Of a stretch of 64,000 nucleotides of DNA, positions 62,318-64,000 are shown piece by piece; the stretch's first letter is position 1, and each line of letters begins with the position of its first letter. The notes below the pieces were generated by a model. That model had not been told where the DNA came from. It did not search any database and saw only the letters and a list, made by a program, of their open reading frames with translations. Source of the stretch: Fimbriosthenelais zetlandica (taxonomy: Eukaryota). The stretch spans positions 3,658,001 through 3,722,000 of the forward strand of contig OZ365112.1 in the NCBI GenBank assembly GCA_977030845.1. Direction: 5' to 3'. The translations under genes were made by a program, and so were the position numbers.

Positions 62318-63693
62318 GTATGTATATGAAGCTTGATGATGGATCTACTTTTATTGTGCGCAGTAGTAAAGTCGTCGGGGTGTGACAGGAACCTTGTAAT
62401 GAACGCCGGGTTGGTTCTATTTGTTACAATTCGTGACAGCTTACTTAGACTCTTACACCACACTGCTGACACTGTTACAGCCTTGGCTTAATGCTAGAAA
62501 TGTTCATTAACATGCAATGGGTAAAAATATACACCAAAATGCATTAAATTATGCATTAATTACAAAAACCCTTCCTAAAGGATATTTAATACTCCCAAGT
62601 GATATTTGTTTTTTTCCAGAAATTGTACGATTTATTTGAACCAATTTCCCAAATCTCGTTTAACCCTTAAATGACCTTAGACCCATGATCTTTGACCTGG
62701 ACTTAAACCTTTATGCACTTTATTTATCATTAATAATATGGCTTCTCTGTTCAATCAATCCAATTATTTCATTGATCAATCTATTGAAGACCTTCCCACA
62801 ATTGTCAATATATTGAAAGTAGACTAATCCCAAAATCATTTTCTTTAACGCAAACCGTTTACAATTCAGTTTCACAATGACTCAATCCTTCATAAAATCT
62901 CTTCCATCTACTCTAGCTTCCCATTCATTCACCCAGTCAATGTCCCGCTACCCCGACACATACATCCCCTCCCCTTTCCTCCCTCCCCACCCCTCCCCCA
63001 GCCACTTCTTCCAACTCACTAGATCTCTTTGTTAAGAAATTCATCTACCTTTCATAATGTCCCATCTTCACCCACCTCTTGGACCCACTGGGGCTTCACC
63101 AATGGCAGGGAAACGTACCATATTTGGGGTCAGGGGAAGGGTGCCAATTATGGGTGTAAACGTTTTTGCAGCCATCCAACCCTGCATGATTTGATCTTTC
63201 AGAGATCCAGTTACCTATTTATAAATGTATATCCTCCCTATACACAGATAGATAAGATATATGCCTATGGCCATGGGAAAATATAGGAATAAAAGCCATT
63301 CATCCCTATATTCTATATTCCCTCAAGCTCCATTGAAATGAGTTAAATGCATATGACACAGTCTAATAATTGCAAATGTAACTTAACCAAATGCATACCA
63401 TCTCCTCATAGAAGGATGATCAAAGATTGAAGATTTTGATCCCGGATCTTAAGGATGTCTATGATCTAAATAATTAGATATTGATACGCTTGGATGATCT
63501 GATCATGTTATGACATATATTCATGGGTTATGTATGCATGTAAATTCTTGAGGAATACTTCAAAATACCCCCTTCCCTTGAAGTGGTATTTTGGCTTGAG
63601 ATCCCTGGTTTTCAGAGGGGTTAAGTTTAGGATGCTATTATTGTGTCAGCCAATCAGAGCATTGCTCCAGGCCTGTGTGAGTGTGTTGTGGAA

Positions 63694-63737
63694 ATGTTCA
63701 CCTCGGTGAAGGGAGGAAAGCCCTGGAGAAGTATACG
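63694..63737 (+). CDS. Candidate short first exon, second tier (phase 2), MFTSVKGGKPWRSI(R)
   Basis: 14 codons + 2 nt, donor ACG|GTAGAT. Confidence 0.28.
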
Positions 63738-64000
63738 GTAGATCTCTATATTTGGCGTGTGGACATATTTACCAGTTGTCTACATCCGGGGGAGAGCTAC
63801 CACCACCAAAACGACCAAAACCTCTCACTACCTTCTCACTCCCCTCCCCGGCCACCTCAGCTTTCAATCATAACCCACAGAGGTGCCAATTCACACCTTT
63901 TTGACACCCAACACAAGGTAGGCTTTCCATAACTATTAACTTGCTTACAATCGCTCCATTTTCAAGTCAAATTACCTGGGTTTTGCGTCTGTGAAATAAG

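Noticed and set aside
63681-63932. 83-aa ORF with a phase-0 donor AAG|GTAGGC
   Set aside because: No ATG in frame (GTG start directly after a stop) and the phase does not fit the second tier.

Overview
Intron-rich, AT-rich metazoan genomic DNA. A SINE with mollusc-like domains suggests a lophotrochozoan, but this is tentative. There is no long ORF, rRNA, CRISPR array or intact transposase. The window reads best as the 5' region of one large plus-strand gene with many alternative coding first exons. Seven well-supported ORF-plus-donor exons between 9.7 and 57.2 kb, and many weaker ones up to 58.3 kb, end in intron phase 0. They fit a small shared exon at 58859-58896 (QMATTPNSEDGR). That exon ends in phase 2, and the five candidate first exons downstream of it (59.8-63.7 kb) also end in phase 2, implying a second common acceptor beyond the window. 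The gene cannot be named from this window; a PDE4/dunce-like architecture is offered only as a testable hypothesis. Several candidate promoters carry RFX X-box, MEF2/TATA, E-box or CTCF-like motifs. The introns contain several PIF/Harbinger-like MITE families with 3-bp TSDs, two minisatellites derived from MITE arms, a chimeric MITE, two tRNA-derived SINE families, simple repeats and three assembly gaps. All exon calls are by eye and need RNA evidence, and the short ones can arise by chance.
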